Shown: positions 1-19,726, counted from the first letter of the stretch. The stretch is DNA of 64,000 nt from Lingula anatina (GCA_051362555.1 CM120640.1:66256788-66320787), one strand, 5' to 3'. A program made the numbers and translations. The notes: a model not told the origin generated them from the sequence alone.

Positions 1-1214
1 AAGAGTATAACTGGTTGATGGTTCTGTAAAAGAAGCAAAATAACATTTTACTTTTCATACCATATATATTAGTGCATTATAATGTGCAGATACTGACTAC
101 TACAGAAACAACTTTAACGTTGGATAAATATTCAAGTGGGTGTAACAAAGATATGTAAAAATAGTAATGTGCTCAAAATTCAGTTATAAAAACAGTTGCC
201 CTGTATAAATAAAAAGACAACATAGAATACATATTTCAAATAAAAACATCTGGATACCTGGATACACAAATGATTTAGCAAATACAGAGCAGACCGCAAA
301 TCCTTGATTGTTGCAAGTGCAATTGTATATACAATCACTATGATTTAACTATAAAATAAATGAATAATAATGAAATAAGATAAGACAGTCGCATGTGAGT
401 TTATCACATGATTGACACCAAGTGATATTGACAACTATAATTACATATATCCTCATGATTCAAAGGGCATAGGGTAGGTATAGGATTCAATGTATTAGTG
501 GCTCAGCATGTTCCTTTTATGAGGAACTAAGCTGTAACAAACTATAGGCAAATGAGACCCACTGTTTAATATTTGTTGCAACTAAGACAAATTAATCAAG
601 CTTAAAGATCTAATAATTAATAGGGAGCCCACTAGCATTCTGCTGCCCAGATTAATATCAGATGCCTTGAATAAAAGTGACTCTTCTCTTTAAACTGAAC
701 TATATCTACCAGTCACCCTACTCATTATCATTATTCCTTAATTGATACTGTTTGTCAACGTATTTCTTTATTGATACTATTTATGTATACCTTTACTGAT
801 TCTATTCATAAGGGAAAGTTACAAGGATTATTCCTAACAGTCCTAATTAAATTAATCACATTGCAGCTTGTTCTGTGAAAAGCTATCCTACTTTTTCTGG
901 CTCACAAGATACAGTAAATATTCCCTAAAATACATTCTCATTGAAGTTGGGCTTAGCCTATACATATTTATATTCACTAATGGTTGCACATGTGCAGCAA
1001 TGTATTGGGGGGGGAGGAACACTCCACAAATAACATAAAAGATTCTACCATGATACTTAAGCCTCTGTCTCATAAAATCCCACCATAACATTTGTTTGTA
1101 TATCTTGTTGTGTGAAGCCTTACATTATTTTGTGTAAATGCAATGCTAATTATGATAAATATGGATGAACTAATAATGAGATGTTAATCATGGCAAGAAC
1201 ATACAGCTAGCTTA

Positions 1215-1411
1215 GGCTGTATTCCCAGAGCTTTTAGATTGATCTGTCCCCGCGGGGAGTCTAACTAGATTACTGTCAGATAATCCGGCTTAAATGTCCG
1301 TCCCGCCTACTACAAGCTGTAAGGGGGTATTTAACTTTCGTGTCCGCCCCACTGACAGCTGTTTAGCGTGAACCCCTAAAGTAGATCTATCTAATCTCTG
1401 GAAATGGGGTC
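1215..1411. mobile_element. Foldback MITE family A (PIF/Harbinger-Tourist-like), copy 1
   Basis: Imperfect TIRs (GGCTGTATTCCCAGAG...CTCTGGAAATGGGGTC) flanked by TTA on both sides (1212-1214, 1412-1414). It is the reverse-complement homologue of 30010-30220 and is similar to 9414-9640 and 22176-22401. Confidence 0.8.
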
Positions 1412-1628
1412 TTATTCAACAGAGAGGAGTTGTTTCATATCTTAAAACCTTTAAGTATTTACAAATAAAATAATAATAACACTAATAAACTTTTTTATCA
1501 TTTTCTTATTTTCTTTCTTTCATATCACTTTTATCAGTCACATATTGATATGTAACATCAGCCACTTACAATGTAAACATCACACGATCGGGGCTGACTT
1601 AAAAACAAATTACAATATGTTGACATAC

Positions 1629-2060
1629 CTTCTTCAGCAGGACTGCCTTGTTTCTCAGCTTTCTCATACTTCTTTGCCGCCTGAGATAGCCCCTTCTTGT
1701 TAATTAGCTTTCTGTAGCAAGAAAAGTGACATCATGGTTTGGCTTCCAAATCGTCGAATCCTTATCTAAATCCGTACTGTACGGATCCACTGAACAGCAG
1801 CGGCTTCTCTGCTGCCAAATTTCAGCCATTGTTTCGCTGCGACTCTAAAAGTTTCCCAGCGAACACGTGTGATGGTATCTAGAGTCTCTTAATTAGCTAC
1901 CTTCTTCTATGTGCATGCAACACGAAAGATGAGAATTTGGCGAAGATTTCGCGTCTCCCTCCTCAGACTCTTCATTACAGCCGACCATGCTGCTTTGTTT
2001 ACATGGCATGGCCTGGTGGGAAGGTGACGTGACCCCCTTTCCGTTGCTTTGATTGGTTAA
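1629..2060 (-). promoter_or_regulatory. Putative promoter and first exon of a gene running leftwards
   Basis: Locally CpG-richer segment with a CCAAT box (ATTGG near 2052), TGACGTGA near 2024 and a good donor AAG|GTATGT at 1629/1628. Several short ATG ORFs lie in the leader. No downstream coding exon was recognised in 1-1628. Confidence 0.3.
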
Positions 2061-2369
2061 TCTGATCTGAATCTGATTAAAAGGCTCGAACGGCGGGGCT
2101 ATTCATTTTGATGTTTCGGCATAAATACTACCGCAATTATCTATATGTTGCCGCACCTCTCGGTTGCCGAATTTATTGTGGATATTCTTTTACTGTTTAT
2201 CTTAATGCACCGTGAAAATTGTTTGGCCACATCACATATTGAAGGAAAGAGCTTTTCTAAACGCTTTTATGCATATCAGGTGGGGTACTAACGTGGTGAA
2301 ACTCGCATAACCGCACGTCTCGCGTGAATGCGTTATATAACCCGTTCATGGACCGTAGTCTAAATGATT

Positions 2370-2681
2370 AAGACGAGCCTAGCCGTCAGTACCGGTTATT
2401 GTTTTGTGACCTTGAGGAGCAATTAGGTTTGGTCGTTGCGGCACGCATCAACAGTAGTTGAACTACCACACCTGGGTCTTTTGTTTTTGACAACTGTTCA
2501 CTCGTCATCGAGGCGCTTGTTCAAGACTACAGGCTGATATCTACTAGTACTACCAGTGGCTTCATTAGTAACGTTCCCACAATACTTAAGTTTTCTGTCC
2601 GTGCGTACAAACCCTGAAAAAGGACAGCCTCGCTGACGAGAACAATGGACGTTTCTCACCCCTCTCTAGGATTACCCCTGC
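2370..2681. repeat. About 310-bp dispersed repeat, copy 1 (paralogue at 13348-13659)
   Basis: Colinear, clearly alignable, same-orientation match to 13348-13659 (shared CTACCACACCTGGGTCTTTTGTTTTTGACAACTGTTCA and CGTTTCTCACCCCTCTCTAGGATTACCCCTG). Confidence 0.85.
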
Positions 2682-3726
2682 CCTCAATCTCGTCCATCCC
2701 GGTAGTCACAAAAATATTTAACCCCCGACAGAATATGCTTCTGCTATCAAAATTAGGTATACTTTTCTAAATTAATATATAAGTTTGCAAGTTCTTATTT
2801 ACAAAACATCAATGGCTATGTCCGAACCTAAATTTTATGTTAAAAATTGCGGTACTGTCAGATTTGAGCATAAACAGAGAAAATTGCAGCAGCGCATGAA
2901 TCTAGATGAGATGCACTACTTTCCAACCCCGCTTAGGATCATTGCTATCACATCGCGCACCAGGCAAAATCGGTGTGGTGGCTGATACTCTGTAATGCGA
3001 TCTGACACACACCTTGAAAACGGGTAGTGTGGTCTGATAAACCGGTTTATACTGGACCCGTAGGTGCCGAGTCTGGTAGTTGGGAAGGCCTGACACCAGA
3101 TATTTTTGAATCACTTTTATTTTTAATAATTTCCATTGAACAGGGCCATTTTCGGTACATTTCAATAAACATTGATTCAATTATGCCAGAGTACCGTATG
3201 ACGCTGTAAATCGCCGTAGTTGCTAACTACGAGGGGACGGCAGTCAATTCCAAAACATTGAATGCCCTAAAACATTTCAGCACACTATAAAAAAACATTT
3301 TCTTACATGGAGCCTATAACGAAATTATACCACTGTGGATATAAACATCACACGTTCTCAAAATGAACACTAAAGAACGCCAAGTATTCTGATGAGAACA
3401 GAAATGTATTCTGACGAGAACACAAGGTATTCCTTATTAGAACACAGCGACGGAAAATAGAATATATGCTACGTGTCGGTGCGTTCATTTACTTTAGAGT
3501 GTACATATATTCATGTAACGGTTATGGATCGGTTATGCACCTGGACAGAGAAGGAAAAACAAGGCAGCAAATTTGTCTAATGTTCAGACATGAAGCAGAA
3601 ACAACATACATGTATTTTAGCATCATTTTGCCTCTACTGAAAATCAGAAGTAAGCCTTTTTAAGAAAATCAGAATTTTTGCAATTATTGTAGCGATTAAA
3701 TGGACTTTAAACAGAGTTGATAGCTG

Positions 3727-3919
3727 CGGGGGCGGATCCGGAATTATTTGAATGGTGGAGGGCCCCGAAAATGTTGGTATTTTAGAGGGCAAACGGTGCC
3801 ATTTGGTACAGTTTAGAACTATAAATCAGCTAGTCAAAATTCTAATTCCAAGAGGGGAATATTAGTGTAATTTTTTTCAGAAACTGAAGGGGGGGTGGTC
3901 AGGACTACATCCACCACTG
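3727..3919. mobile_element. MITE family B (CAGGGGCGGAT-type TIR), copy 1
   Basis: Starts GGGGGCGGATCCG and ends ATCCACCACTG. The interior matches the reverse complement of 14367-14593 (AAACGGTRCCATTTGGTAC.GTTTAGAACTA; TTCTAATT.CAAGAGGGGA). Confidence 0.65.
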
Positions 3920-4657
3920 CATGTGGATGGCTGTGCCTTCACCAATACCTGAACTACCCCCTGGAAAAGGTCAAACTATAAATATATTGTCATTTTATAA
4001 GATTTGTCTTTGATAACTTTAGCTAATTAGGTAACTTCTCTGGAGAAAACGATATTCAGACACCTACACACTGGCAATAAGCAAACATGTAATATTAATC
4101 TTTGAAAATTAAGCGCCCACGGAGAAGGGGACCACTCTTCAGTGGCAGACCCATCGGCCACTTCCGTAATGGAGACGGAGGCTGGTAAGATTTTGATTTT
4201 GTTTATTATGTCAGGAGAAAGAAAGTTTCAATATTCATCAACCAATCATACTGATACATGAGAGAAGCTCGTGAATGAAATGTACAGATACTTGTTTGTG
4301 GTATATTTTCTGTTGTATTTTAATTAAATGTTTCGTACACAAAACATCCAAAGACGAACAGATAATTTATCTTAGATTCAGAGAAGGAAAAAATGAAAAC
4401 GTCAAAAAGTGCCTCAGTAGCTTTTTTTTTAAAGAATAGACCTGACCCTAACTTCAGGTCGATTCGCATGCCACGGAAATCTCGTCCATAGAATTTGGGT
4501 GCTTCTTTTTATTATTAAAACCATCCCAAGTGTACTTATGAAGCTTTCTTGGTAAAATCATTTCCCTAAAAAACAAAATTAATATAATTAAGCAGAAAAA
4601 CAAATAAATAAAACGAAAGTTCCAGTTTTTTATTAGTCATTTTTTCTTGATCTTGTA

Positions 4658-8587
<3,930 letters not shown>

Positions 8588-9413
8588 TTTGGAGAAGATC
8601 ACTGCTCGAACTTGCAGCCCTGTTCATCCGACACCATGATCTTTATTTATATTACGTAACCTAAAAAGGGCTAACGGCTCAGGTACGTCTGCACCATATA
8701 GAGGTGGTCGATAAAACCAAGAACCACCACAACCTATGGTACCCACCACCAGGGCCACAGAGTGGCTTTCACTAGATATTTACAGATATGTCTCTGGTTA
8801 ATTCAGGACACCTTTTCTGCTGTGAGAAAAGTGTGCTTTTAACCTGCGGCTGTGGTAGAGGGTAACTAAACATCGATTAAACACGTTAAGCTACACTTCA
8901 TATGACAGGCACGTGGTTTATCAGAAACAGCGTTTTTTTCTTTTTCTTTTGTTTTGTTTTGTTTTGAGACTTGAAAATTCGGCAGCTGGATATGAGAGAC
9001 AAGATTGTCAATGCTGTCGGACTGTGCTGTTTCTAAGTGAAGCTATCAGTAGTGCACCCTCTGGTTGGATCCTCTCTTTTTCATAAAAAAAAATAATTAA
9101 CAGTTAGATCGAAATTGTTGTTACCTACTCTCTGTTCCACAGAAGAATGTAGCTAGCTACTGCCGGTGCCCAAGAAGTTATAAGTTAACTTCTTGCAGTG
9201 CCTAAGCATACGGGTAAAAGCTATCCGGACAGTTAACTGTCACCGCAGTAAAAATCGCTAATGTACATGCCGTGCAAGTACGTAGTATTAAATCTTCAAC
9301 TTGTAATAGGCTTTTTCTAACTATACGACGTAGCTTCCTTCAATGTTCAAGTTAAACAAAGATAAGCAGCAGACTCCCTGCCAAACTTCCCCTCCCAAGT
9401 TGCCGATTTCTTA

Positions 9414-9640
9414 GACTGGGTTCCCATACATAGTTCGATCCATCTGGATCGATCTAACTCCCTGGGGAGTCTCGCTAAATTGTTTTCAACTAATCGGCTT
9501 AAATGTCAGTCTCGCTTACCAAATCGGCTAGGGGGTAAAGATAATTACCCCCTAGCTGCTTTACTAGGCGTGACAGACATTTAAGCCGGCCAAGTTGACA
9601 GCAATTTAGTGAGACTCCCCAGGGAGATAGATCGATCCAA
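9414..9640. mobile_element. Foldback MITE family A, near-fully palindromic copy (right end degraded)
   Basis: TTA|GACTGGGTTCCCA start. Arms GATCGATCTAACTCCCTGGGGAGTCTCGCTAAATTG...CTAGGGGGTAA and TTACCCCCTAG...CAATTTAGTGAGACTCCCCAGGGAGATAGATCGATC surround a short loop near 9540. Confidence 0.75.
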
Positions 9641-10396
9641 ATATTGTTGTTCAACTTTTTTTTACCCAGACAAGATGAAACATGAATTGCAAAGATAACC
9701 AATGAACCGTATCATTTTATTGCAAAATAAAAGATATTACACAATTACACTGTGCCAGTTTAAACTTCGTTTTTTAAAACAAGGTTCACTGGAAAGGATT
9801 GATATGCAGCAGGAATTGACCTCCATGAATGCAATATCTTTTTTCACAAGGAGGTATATATATATAGTCAAAAATGTGAATGGTACATGTCCGGATCCTT
9901 CTATTTCTGTTCTATTTTCGTTATTCTTTACCTAGTGATCTGAAATTGTTGGAATATTACACAGATTATGATAATAACACTCAATTGATACATAAAACTA
10001 TTGTTCAGAACAATAGGGTTATCTTGTAGATAAAAACCAGAGTCATAAGGCTCCAGACATCCTGAGACCAGTCCTGAGTGCCTATATGTTGATACTGTGG
10101 AAGTTAATTATTAAATGATTAAAAAAGACAGTTATGCATTACTCATCTCCTGGAAGGACAACTAAAAAAATTCCTGGATTCTGAATTTGTATACCCTATT
10201 GTAAATTTGGTCAATTTGTGTAGGTGTTAAAACTTAAACATTTTCCTCACAAGGAGAAAGAGAGTGAGAGTTACATGCTTGGGAGAACATTTATTAAAAA
10301 ATGGGTGTGCACATTCATGCACATATGCACACACAGACTTATTTCTTGTTTTCTCCATCAGGCCATGTAAAAGATAAATATAATAAAATGGGTGCG

Positions 10397-10400
<4 letters not shown>

Positions 10401-10445
<45 letters not shown>
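10401..10445. repeat. (TG)n microsatellite
   Basis: Pure TG run. Confidence 0.95.
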
Positions 10446-10446
<1 letters not shown>

Positions 10447-10744
10447 AATTGCAATCTGGCTAGATTTTAATTTTACATGTGACACATATAAATAATTTTT
10501 CATCATATCTTCAGTAGCATTTATTAACTTACATATTTTCTCACAAAGTATGAGTACTTAAAATACAAGCAAAATATTTAGAAATATAAAAAATATACAA
10601 ATCTCTAATGATATGCTTAATTAAAAAAAAAATGTCATTGAAAAGCAAAAAAACAAAGTACCCTGGCCTTGAAAGAGATCCAACTGGCTTATAGATAAGA
10701 TATAACTCTGCTCTACAGAGAACAGTTTGCTCCACACCCCCAAG

Positions 10745-12697
10745 ATGGCTACAGCTCAAGCAAGCAGAGATGACGAAGAAAGCTTACGAGCCAAAATAAC
10801 TGAACATTTTGACAGCTGTCCATTATGCCTTGTGGAGCACAAAGATCCGACAGATTTACCATGCAGGCATACATTTTGTAAAGGTTGTCTGAAGACTTGT
10901 ATTTCTGATTTAACACCAGGAAGTAAATTCCAATGTCCCATGTGTCAGAAAGAAACTGAAGTTCCTGAAGATGGACTTGAGGGCTTTGCTCACAATTTCT
11001 ACATTGAAAGTTTGCAGGACACTGTACTTCAGTCAACACATAAGAAAAAGTGCAGCACTTGTGCCTTGTCTTTTCAAACTGAAACTGTAGCAGCATCAAA
11101 ATGCATCACCTGCCATGACTACCTATGTGAGAGGTGTTCTCCCTTCCACTGTGGTAGCAGACTCACTAAAGACCACAGACTACTCACCTTTCAACAGCTT
11201 TACAGCAGCGCGTATCAAAAAGAGATCCAAGAGCAGAAAAAGATTATCTGCCCAGAGCACAAGCATGAGATGATAAGATATTTTTGTTCAGACTGCAACA
11301 TCCCCATTTGTTGTGACTGTAGAGATCTACACCATGATGGTCACAAACATATCTCTCTTCAAAAAGCTGCAGAGATTGTAAAACCAAAACTTCAGACAAA
11401 ATTTCATGGGATTCAGAGAAAATTAGTAACAGGTGAGAAAACATTAGTTACAATTGATGAAACACTGGAAACCCTCCAAGAAAATGAAAACTCTGTTCAG
11501 CAGCAGATAAAAGCTCGTGCAGTTCACCTACACCAAATCGTAGACCAAGGAGAGAAGACCTTACTACAGGAGGTTCATCAAACCATGAGTGCTCACAGAA
11601 ATAATTTACAAGCTTCCCGCAAAAACTGCAGTGCCACGTGCTCCTCCATCAAAACCACAGCAGATGCAGTAAACAACATCCTTCAGCATGGTGCCCCCAT
11701 AGATATCCTCATGTTACAACACCAACTTGGACAGAGACTAGATGAGCTACAGTCCACTTCAGCTGTGGACGAAATTCCCGAAGAACTAAATCTCACACTC
11801 ACCACCAACACAGAATTGGACCAAGAGATATCCAGTGGGGCTGGCCTGGGGAATTTGCAGATATCTAGACACCCAGCTTTGCCCAAGTTCAAACCACAGG
11901 CTGAATGTATGCTAGAGTTTGACACTGGGTTGACACCTGGGGACATTTCAGTGAGTCCAAATAGGGAGTATGTTACTACCCATGGCATCCATAACAACGT
12001 CAAGGTTTTTAGTTCAGATGGTACATTAAGAAAAGAGATCACTAGTGTTTCAGATATACAGCTGACATGTCCAGTAGGGATCCGTCACTTCCCTGATGGA
12101 AGGATGGTTCTATCTGATACAGACAACAACAAACTGTTCATCCTGTCACCACAATGGGAAGCACAGCAAACTGTAGATGTTCACAGCCCAAGGGGTGTGG
12201 CTTTCAATAACAGCTGCACTAAGATTGCTGTGGCACAGGGTTATAATGAAAAGTCTGTGAGTGCGTTCAGTATTGATATCAAAGGGAAAATAACTTCAAC
12301 TGATGTGATAAAGGACAAAGATGGGAAACAGTTGTTCAATGCACCATATAAAGTGGCATATATGAGGAACGGGTGCCTTGTTGTTAGTGATGTAACACAA
12401 AAGAAACTTCACATCCTAACCCCATCTGGTGACCTACTGTATCAGTACACAGGACCTGATGACCAGTTAGGCCGACCTTATGGTGTCTGTGTTGATGCAT
12501 ATGACAACATACTGGTCACTGATTATGATAACAACTGCATACACCTTGTATCCCCATATGGGAAGTTCATCCAGTACATAGCAACTGACGTTGATGGATT
12601 ATATGAACCATGGGGATGTACCATCAATCAGGATGAAGATCTGGTTGTGACTGAACTTCATGGGAAAGTGAAAGTATTCAGATATTTGAAAAAATGA
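10745..12697 (+). CDS. TRIM-NHL family E3 ubiquitin ligase (RING, B-box1, B-box2, coiled coil, NHL propeller), 650 aa, single coding exon
   Basis: ATG at 10745 in AAGATGG context. C3HC4 RING (CPLC..CRHTFCKGC..CPMC), B-box1 (CSTC..CITCHDYLCERC..H..H), B-box2 (CPEH..CSDC..CCDC..H..H), heptad-rich coiled coil, and NHL repeats (PYGVCVDAYDNILVTDYDNNCIH, PWGCTINQDEDLVVTE). An acceptor-like CTCTACAG near 10718 suggests a 5'UTR intron. Confidence 0.93.
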   Translation: MATAQASRDDEESLRAKITEHFDSCPLCLVEHKDPTDLPCRHTFCKGCLKTCISDLTPGSKFQCPMCQKETEVPEDGLEGFAHNFYIESLQDTVLQSTHKKKCSTCALSFQTETVAASKCITCHDYLCERCSPFHCGSRLTKDHRLLTFQQLYSSAYQKEIQEQKKIICPEHKHEMIRYFCSDCNIPICCDCRDLHHDGHKHISLQKAAEIVKPKLQTKFHGIQRKLVTGEKTLVTIDETLETLQENENSVQQQIKARAVHLHQIVDQGEKTLLQEVHQTMSAHRNNLQASRKNCSATCSSIKTTADAVNNILQHGAPIDILMLQHQLGQRLDELQSTSAVDEIPEELNLTLTTNTELDQEISSGAGLGNLQISRHPALPKFKPQAECMLEFDTGLTPGDISVSPNREYVTTHGIHNNVKVFSSDGTLRKEITSVSDIQLTCPVGIRHFPDGRMVLSDTDNNKLFILSPQWEAQQTVDVHSPRGVAFNNSCTKIAVAQGYNEKSVSAFSIDIKGKITSTDVIKDKDGKQLFNAPYKVAYMRNGCLVVSDVTQKKLHILTPSGDLLYQYTGPDDQLGRPYGVCVDAYDNILVTDYDNNCIHLVSPYGKFIQYIATDVDGLYEPWGCTINQDEDLVVTELHGKVKVFRYLKK

Positions 12698-13347
12698 CAT
12701 GCACTTTAAAATGTTCAGAAACTGAAGATTAATATGTAGTTTTTCAGGTATATTTTAAAGAACAAGGTATATACATAGACGTAAATTCAGCGCTGACAGA
12801 TACTTATATTTTTTAAATTAGCTGTGATAAAATAATGTTTCATTTTCAAATGGAATGAAAAAAATTGTATTGCATAAAGTGCAAGGAAAAGGAAATGGGT
12901 GTTTTACAATAAATAATAAGTTTATTGATACAAGAAACAGACTTAAAATAGATTTTTTTTTCATCTGCAGATGATGAAATGCTTATAAGTGCAAGTAAAG
13001 ATGTAAGAAATGAAGTAAAGGAAAATTTAAAGAATACCCTAAAGTAAGACGTGTTAAAAGATGTTCATTTGAAGGCTATCCAGTGTGTAATGATAAGAAT
13101 CAGAAAATTATCTGTGACACCAATTAACATTAGTTCTTGTATCATAACTAATATCCTTCATTTGTTTTGAATAACAATTATGATACTTAATATAAGTGCA
13201 AAGATATATTTCAAATAAGATAAAGGTCTGAACATCAAATGGTTCTGTAGTCTGCAGTAAAATTTGAATTTCTCATAAAATAATGATCTTATGATTTTTT
13301 TTCTCTTTTTATTTGTTTATTTAAAGGGATAACAACTGATCGTGACA

Positions 13348-13659
13348 AAGACGAGCCTAACCATCAGTACAGGATATTGGTTTGTGACCTTGATGGGCAA
13401 TTAGGCTTGGTCTTTGCGCCACGCATGAACAGCAGTCAATCTACCACACCTGGGTCTTTTGTTTTTGACAACTGTTCAATGGTCATTGAGGTGCTTGTTC
13501 AAGATAACAGACTGATGTCTACTAGCACTACTAGTGGCTACATTAGTAGCGTTCCCCCAATCCATGGTTTTCTGTCTGTGCGTACGTACCCTGAAAATGG
13601 TTAGCCTCACTGATGAGAACACTGGCCGTTTCTCACCCCTCTCTAGGATTACCCCTGAC
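13348..13659. repeat. About 310-bp dispersed repeat, copy 2
   Basis: Same-orientation homologue of 2370-2681. Confidence 0.85.
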
Positions 13660-13849
13660 CTGGTCTGTTGCGACGAACCACACTATAGTCATTAATTGAG
13701 ATAATTTCATCTGGTGTGTCCTCTTTAAGCCAACTTTCAGTCACACAAGCTACATCAATATTTTCTGTAGTGTAAGGCTAAATTCATCAAGTTTATTTGC
13801 TAATTAGGCTCTGGTTTTGGTACAGAGTATGACTGGTAATTGCCATTTG

Positions 13850-13854
<5 letters not shown>

Positions 13855-13897
<43 letters not shown>
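13855..13897. repeat. (TA)n microsatellite
   Basis: Pure TA run. Confidence 0.95.
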
Positions 13898-13900
<3 letters not shown>

Positions 13901-14366
13901 TCAGAAATCAGCATTTCATACCAGTAAACTGGAAAAAAACTTGACTGTAAATACAATGTACACATACATTTATTGCCAGACAACGTTAACACTCACTTAT
14001 TCAATATAGTTATCAGCAAATATTTTCTAACATCTTTTGAGATCAAGAATGCTGCATTAAAAGTGTAAATATTAGTGAGTCTACTAGTTGATATCGATGC
14101 ACTTCCACAATCACTGCTTCAGTATATACTGTTTGCTTACAATAAAATGTCTTCTCAATATGCAAACTAAACACTCGGGCCTAAAGCAGCAAAACCTGCT
14201 GCCATGTGACACTGCACATTCATATGAACAGAACAAAAAGATATAACCGTCTAACGTAATCAGGAAAGTGGGAATAATGCTGCAAAGCTGTATCACGTAC
14301 TAAGGGTAGACACAAGAACCAATTACCGGTCTTAAATTGGTTCATTTCGGCACATAAAATTCATTT

Positions 14367-14593
14367 CAAAGGTGGATTTAGGGGAGGGGTCAGGGGGGAC
14401 CTGACTCCCCCTTCGATTTCTGAAAAAATCACACCAATAGTCCCCTCTTGAAATTAGAACTTTAACTAGTTCTAAACAGTACCAAATGGTACCGTTTACC
14501 AAAATTTTCTAGGCCCCTCAGCATGGGGTAGGGAGTAGGGTCGACTTTGCATCCCCGGACCCCCCCCTTCAAATAATCCCGGATCTGCCCCTG
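14367..14593. mobile_element. MITE family B, copy 2
   Basis: Ends CAAAGGTGGATTTAGG ... CCGGATCTGCCCCTG. Interior is homologous (inverted) to 3727-3919. Confidence 0.65.
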
Positions 14594-14821
14594 CATTTTG
14601 GGTATACATGTTAACTCTTGAAAGTTCTTAAGTTGACAAAAGTATATAACCAGTGGATCGACAGCATCAAGAGGGGGGTCGGGTCAAGCGTCACCCTTTC
14701 ACCCTCTCCGCATTATATGTGCAAGGAAAATTCCACCATCGATACAAGGCATGTGGTACTGAAGATAGATATTTTGAACAAGGTAATTTTTAGACTCAAC
14801 TATCTATGTATTGTACATGTA

Positions 14822-17656
<2,835 letters not shown>

Positions 17657-19129
17657 TTTGAGTTAGACTTTGAAAACACTGCTCAAACCTGTACCTGTAT
17701 GAACATACACGTGTGCAATCACCGCCGTTCTGTTGACGGAAATACTAAAAAGGGCGTTGGATAGCATCGGTTCATGGTTTTGATGAATGCGTTAGTTGTG
17801 ATTATTGCAGTATTATATGCTTTATAAGGATTGATACTATTATTTCTATGAAAAAAAAAAAAAAAAAAAAAAAAACAGCAACAAGAATAACAACAACAAC
17901 AATAATAATAATGAAATAAAAAAGGTCACTCTTATCTTATTGTCTACACAAGGAAAAGGTGTGGTCATATTGAAGAAAGAAAGAAAGGCAGTTGTTCTTT
18001 ATTCACGGAGGCAGCTATTATTATGGTGTTTCTTTTTCATTGGCTACATTGTCGATGAGATGGGTTAGAAGCATATGGTTTTTCATTTAATAAAATATCT
18101 GAAAATATAAAGTATATAAAGTATTTTTGCTCTCTCTTTAATCTATTCATTATTTTGCTACCTCTCAAGTTCCTATGAAGTGATTTCTGTACCTTGTTGT
18201 AGGCCTACATTTAGTTGTGCAGCATTATCTTGGGCCTTGCTACTGTATGCATATTCGAAGATCATATATAACAAAATACCTAAAGAAAATCCTAAACGCC
18301 CACGCACCGATATGAGGTAGGCCTATTCCCGGCACTACAACTCGTCCTTCCTGACACCGTTAACGTTAGGCCTCCCCGTCTACTCCCCGTCCCAACATTG
18401 TTACCCCATGAAATGTCAATCAAAATTGGTGAGTATTTTTTAAAGTCCAGGTAGTTTTTAATTAGATATTTAAAAATATTTTCTTTGGGTTGTTCTGTGC
18501 ACATTTCTTATACTGTGTGAGTGAGAATTTTTTAACTAAATGATGCCATCTCTCAGCTGCCCGGCTCTGGTAGAGAGCAGTTTTTCAATCATGATAAAAT
18601 CCCCACTGGAGCATTATTGAGTAATAAAGTATATTCGTTATGCAAGCAGATTGCCAAAACCCGACAAATTTTTATTGATTTTACGACAAATTATTTCTCT
18701 TTAGCTCACTGCGATACTCTGCCAACCTGAATATAAGCATTTCAAAGACAGAAATATTTTTCATTTTGTTTTTATATATTTGCAAAAGAAAACGCAATAC
18801 GGGGGCTACTCAGACGTAGGATTTTTTTACATTAGTTACATGTATGCTTAGACGAAAAATGTTTCATCCGTTCAAAACTCATATAAGGAAATCCGTTTAC
18901 TTCAACCTCCCCCCCCCTCCCCTTCGTATGTTATTGTATTAGAATTACATTGTACAGACTATATGCCTTTGCGGCACAGGTGAATGCCACGACTGTAAAT
19001 CAAATATTTTTTATATCTCGGTAATAAAATAAAAGTAACGGTCCAATAAGTTGCTGCGATTTTTGTTGCACTAGATTTCGGTTCTTAATGACAACTCGGT
19101 GGGAAATGAAATGTGTAAGATGAAATTAA

Positions 19130-19726
19130 GGGTACTTTAAGGGTTTATTATCATCCAAATACCAAAAAGGAGCTTTTTTCCTGCATCTAATTATTCAATA
19201 ATGCATCTCTCTTTGTGCTGATTTAAAACAATAACAATCCCTTGGCCTTGAAATATATAAAATATCGGCGTTCTCGTTGCTATGTATAAGCATAGGCAAC
19301 TCAAAGCTCTTATCGTCAATTTAACACCTTTCTATTTTGAGGTGAGATAGCAATCGGTATGGGGCGTAACTTCATCCCTGAACGAGATTTTATCACAAAA
19401 ATCGGCAAAGTTGACCACATGTCTATGGGCTATAATCCTGTACCGTCAAACTACCATTTAAGGCTTTTAAGAAAAATCGCTGACAAGGTTTTGCAGTACT
19501 AAATGTTGTTGAAACGGTTTGTGAGTGCTCAGTAAAGGGGAAATTTGAGACGCCGATTTTTTCGTTTTTACCCCAAAATCGCAATTATGACGTCACCCGT
19601 AAGATAACGCTTGTAAATGTTAATTAATTTCGTCACTGGACACCGAAGATTTAGCTTTTATCCAAAAGAATGTATGAGAGGCAGTAAGTCAGTTTTTTTT
19701 TTTTTTGGTAAACGCTCTCAGTATCC
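19130..19726. mobile_element. Putative non-autonomous DNA transposon with TTAA TSD (Kolobok/piggyBac-type)
   Basis: TTAA|GGGTACTTTAAGGGTTTA ... TAAACGCTCTCAGTATCC|TTAA: imperfect inverted ends flanked by TTAA. Confidence 0.45.

Noticed and set aside
1629-1975. Two-exon coding model joining a donor near 1900 to an acceptor near 1712
   Set aside because: The ATG-initiated frames hit stop codons in or right after the junction, and the only frame open across it lacks a start codon.
3383-3447. CTGATGA/CTGACGA...GAAA motifs suggesting hammerhead ribozymes (also near 2633 and 13609)
   Set aside because: No stems I-III could be built around the core. The 3383-3447 case is a degenerate tandem triplet of about 21 bp.
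10727-10744. TTG start given by the ORF track for the TRIM gene (and the GTG start at 25025 for the membrane protein)
   Set aside because: These are bacterial-style start calls. In-frame ATGs in good eukaryotic context at 10745 and 25001 are preferred.
13377-13604. 75-aa ORF within the 310-bp repeat
   Set aside because: The paralogous copy at 2370-2681 has an in-frame TGA (AGT TGA near 2460), so coding capacity is not conserved.
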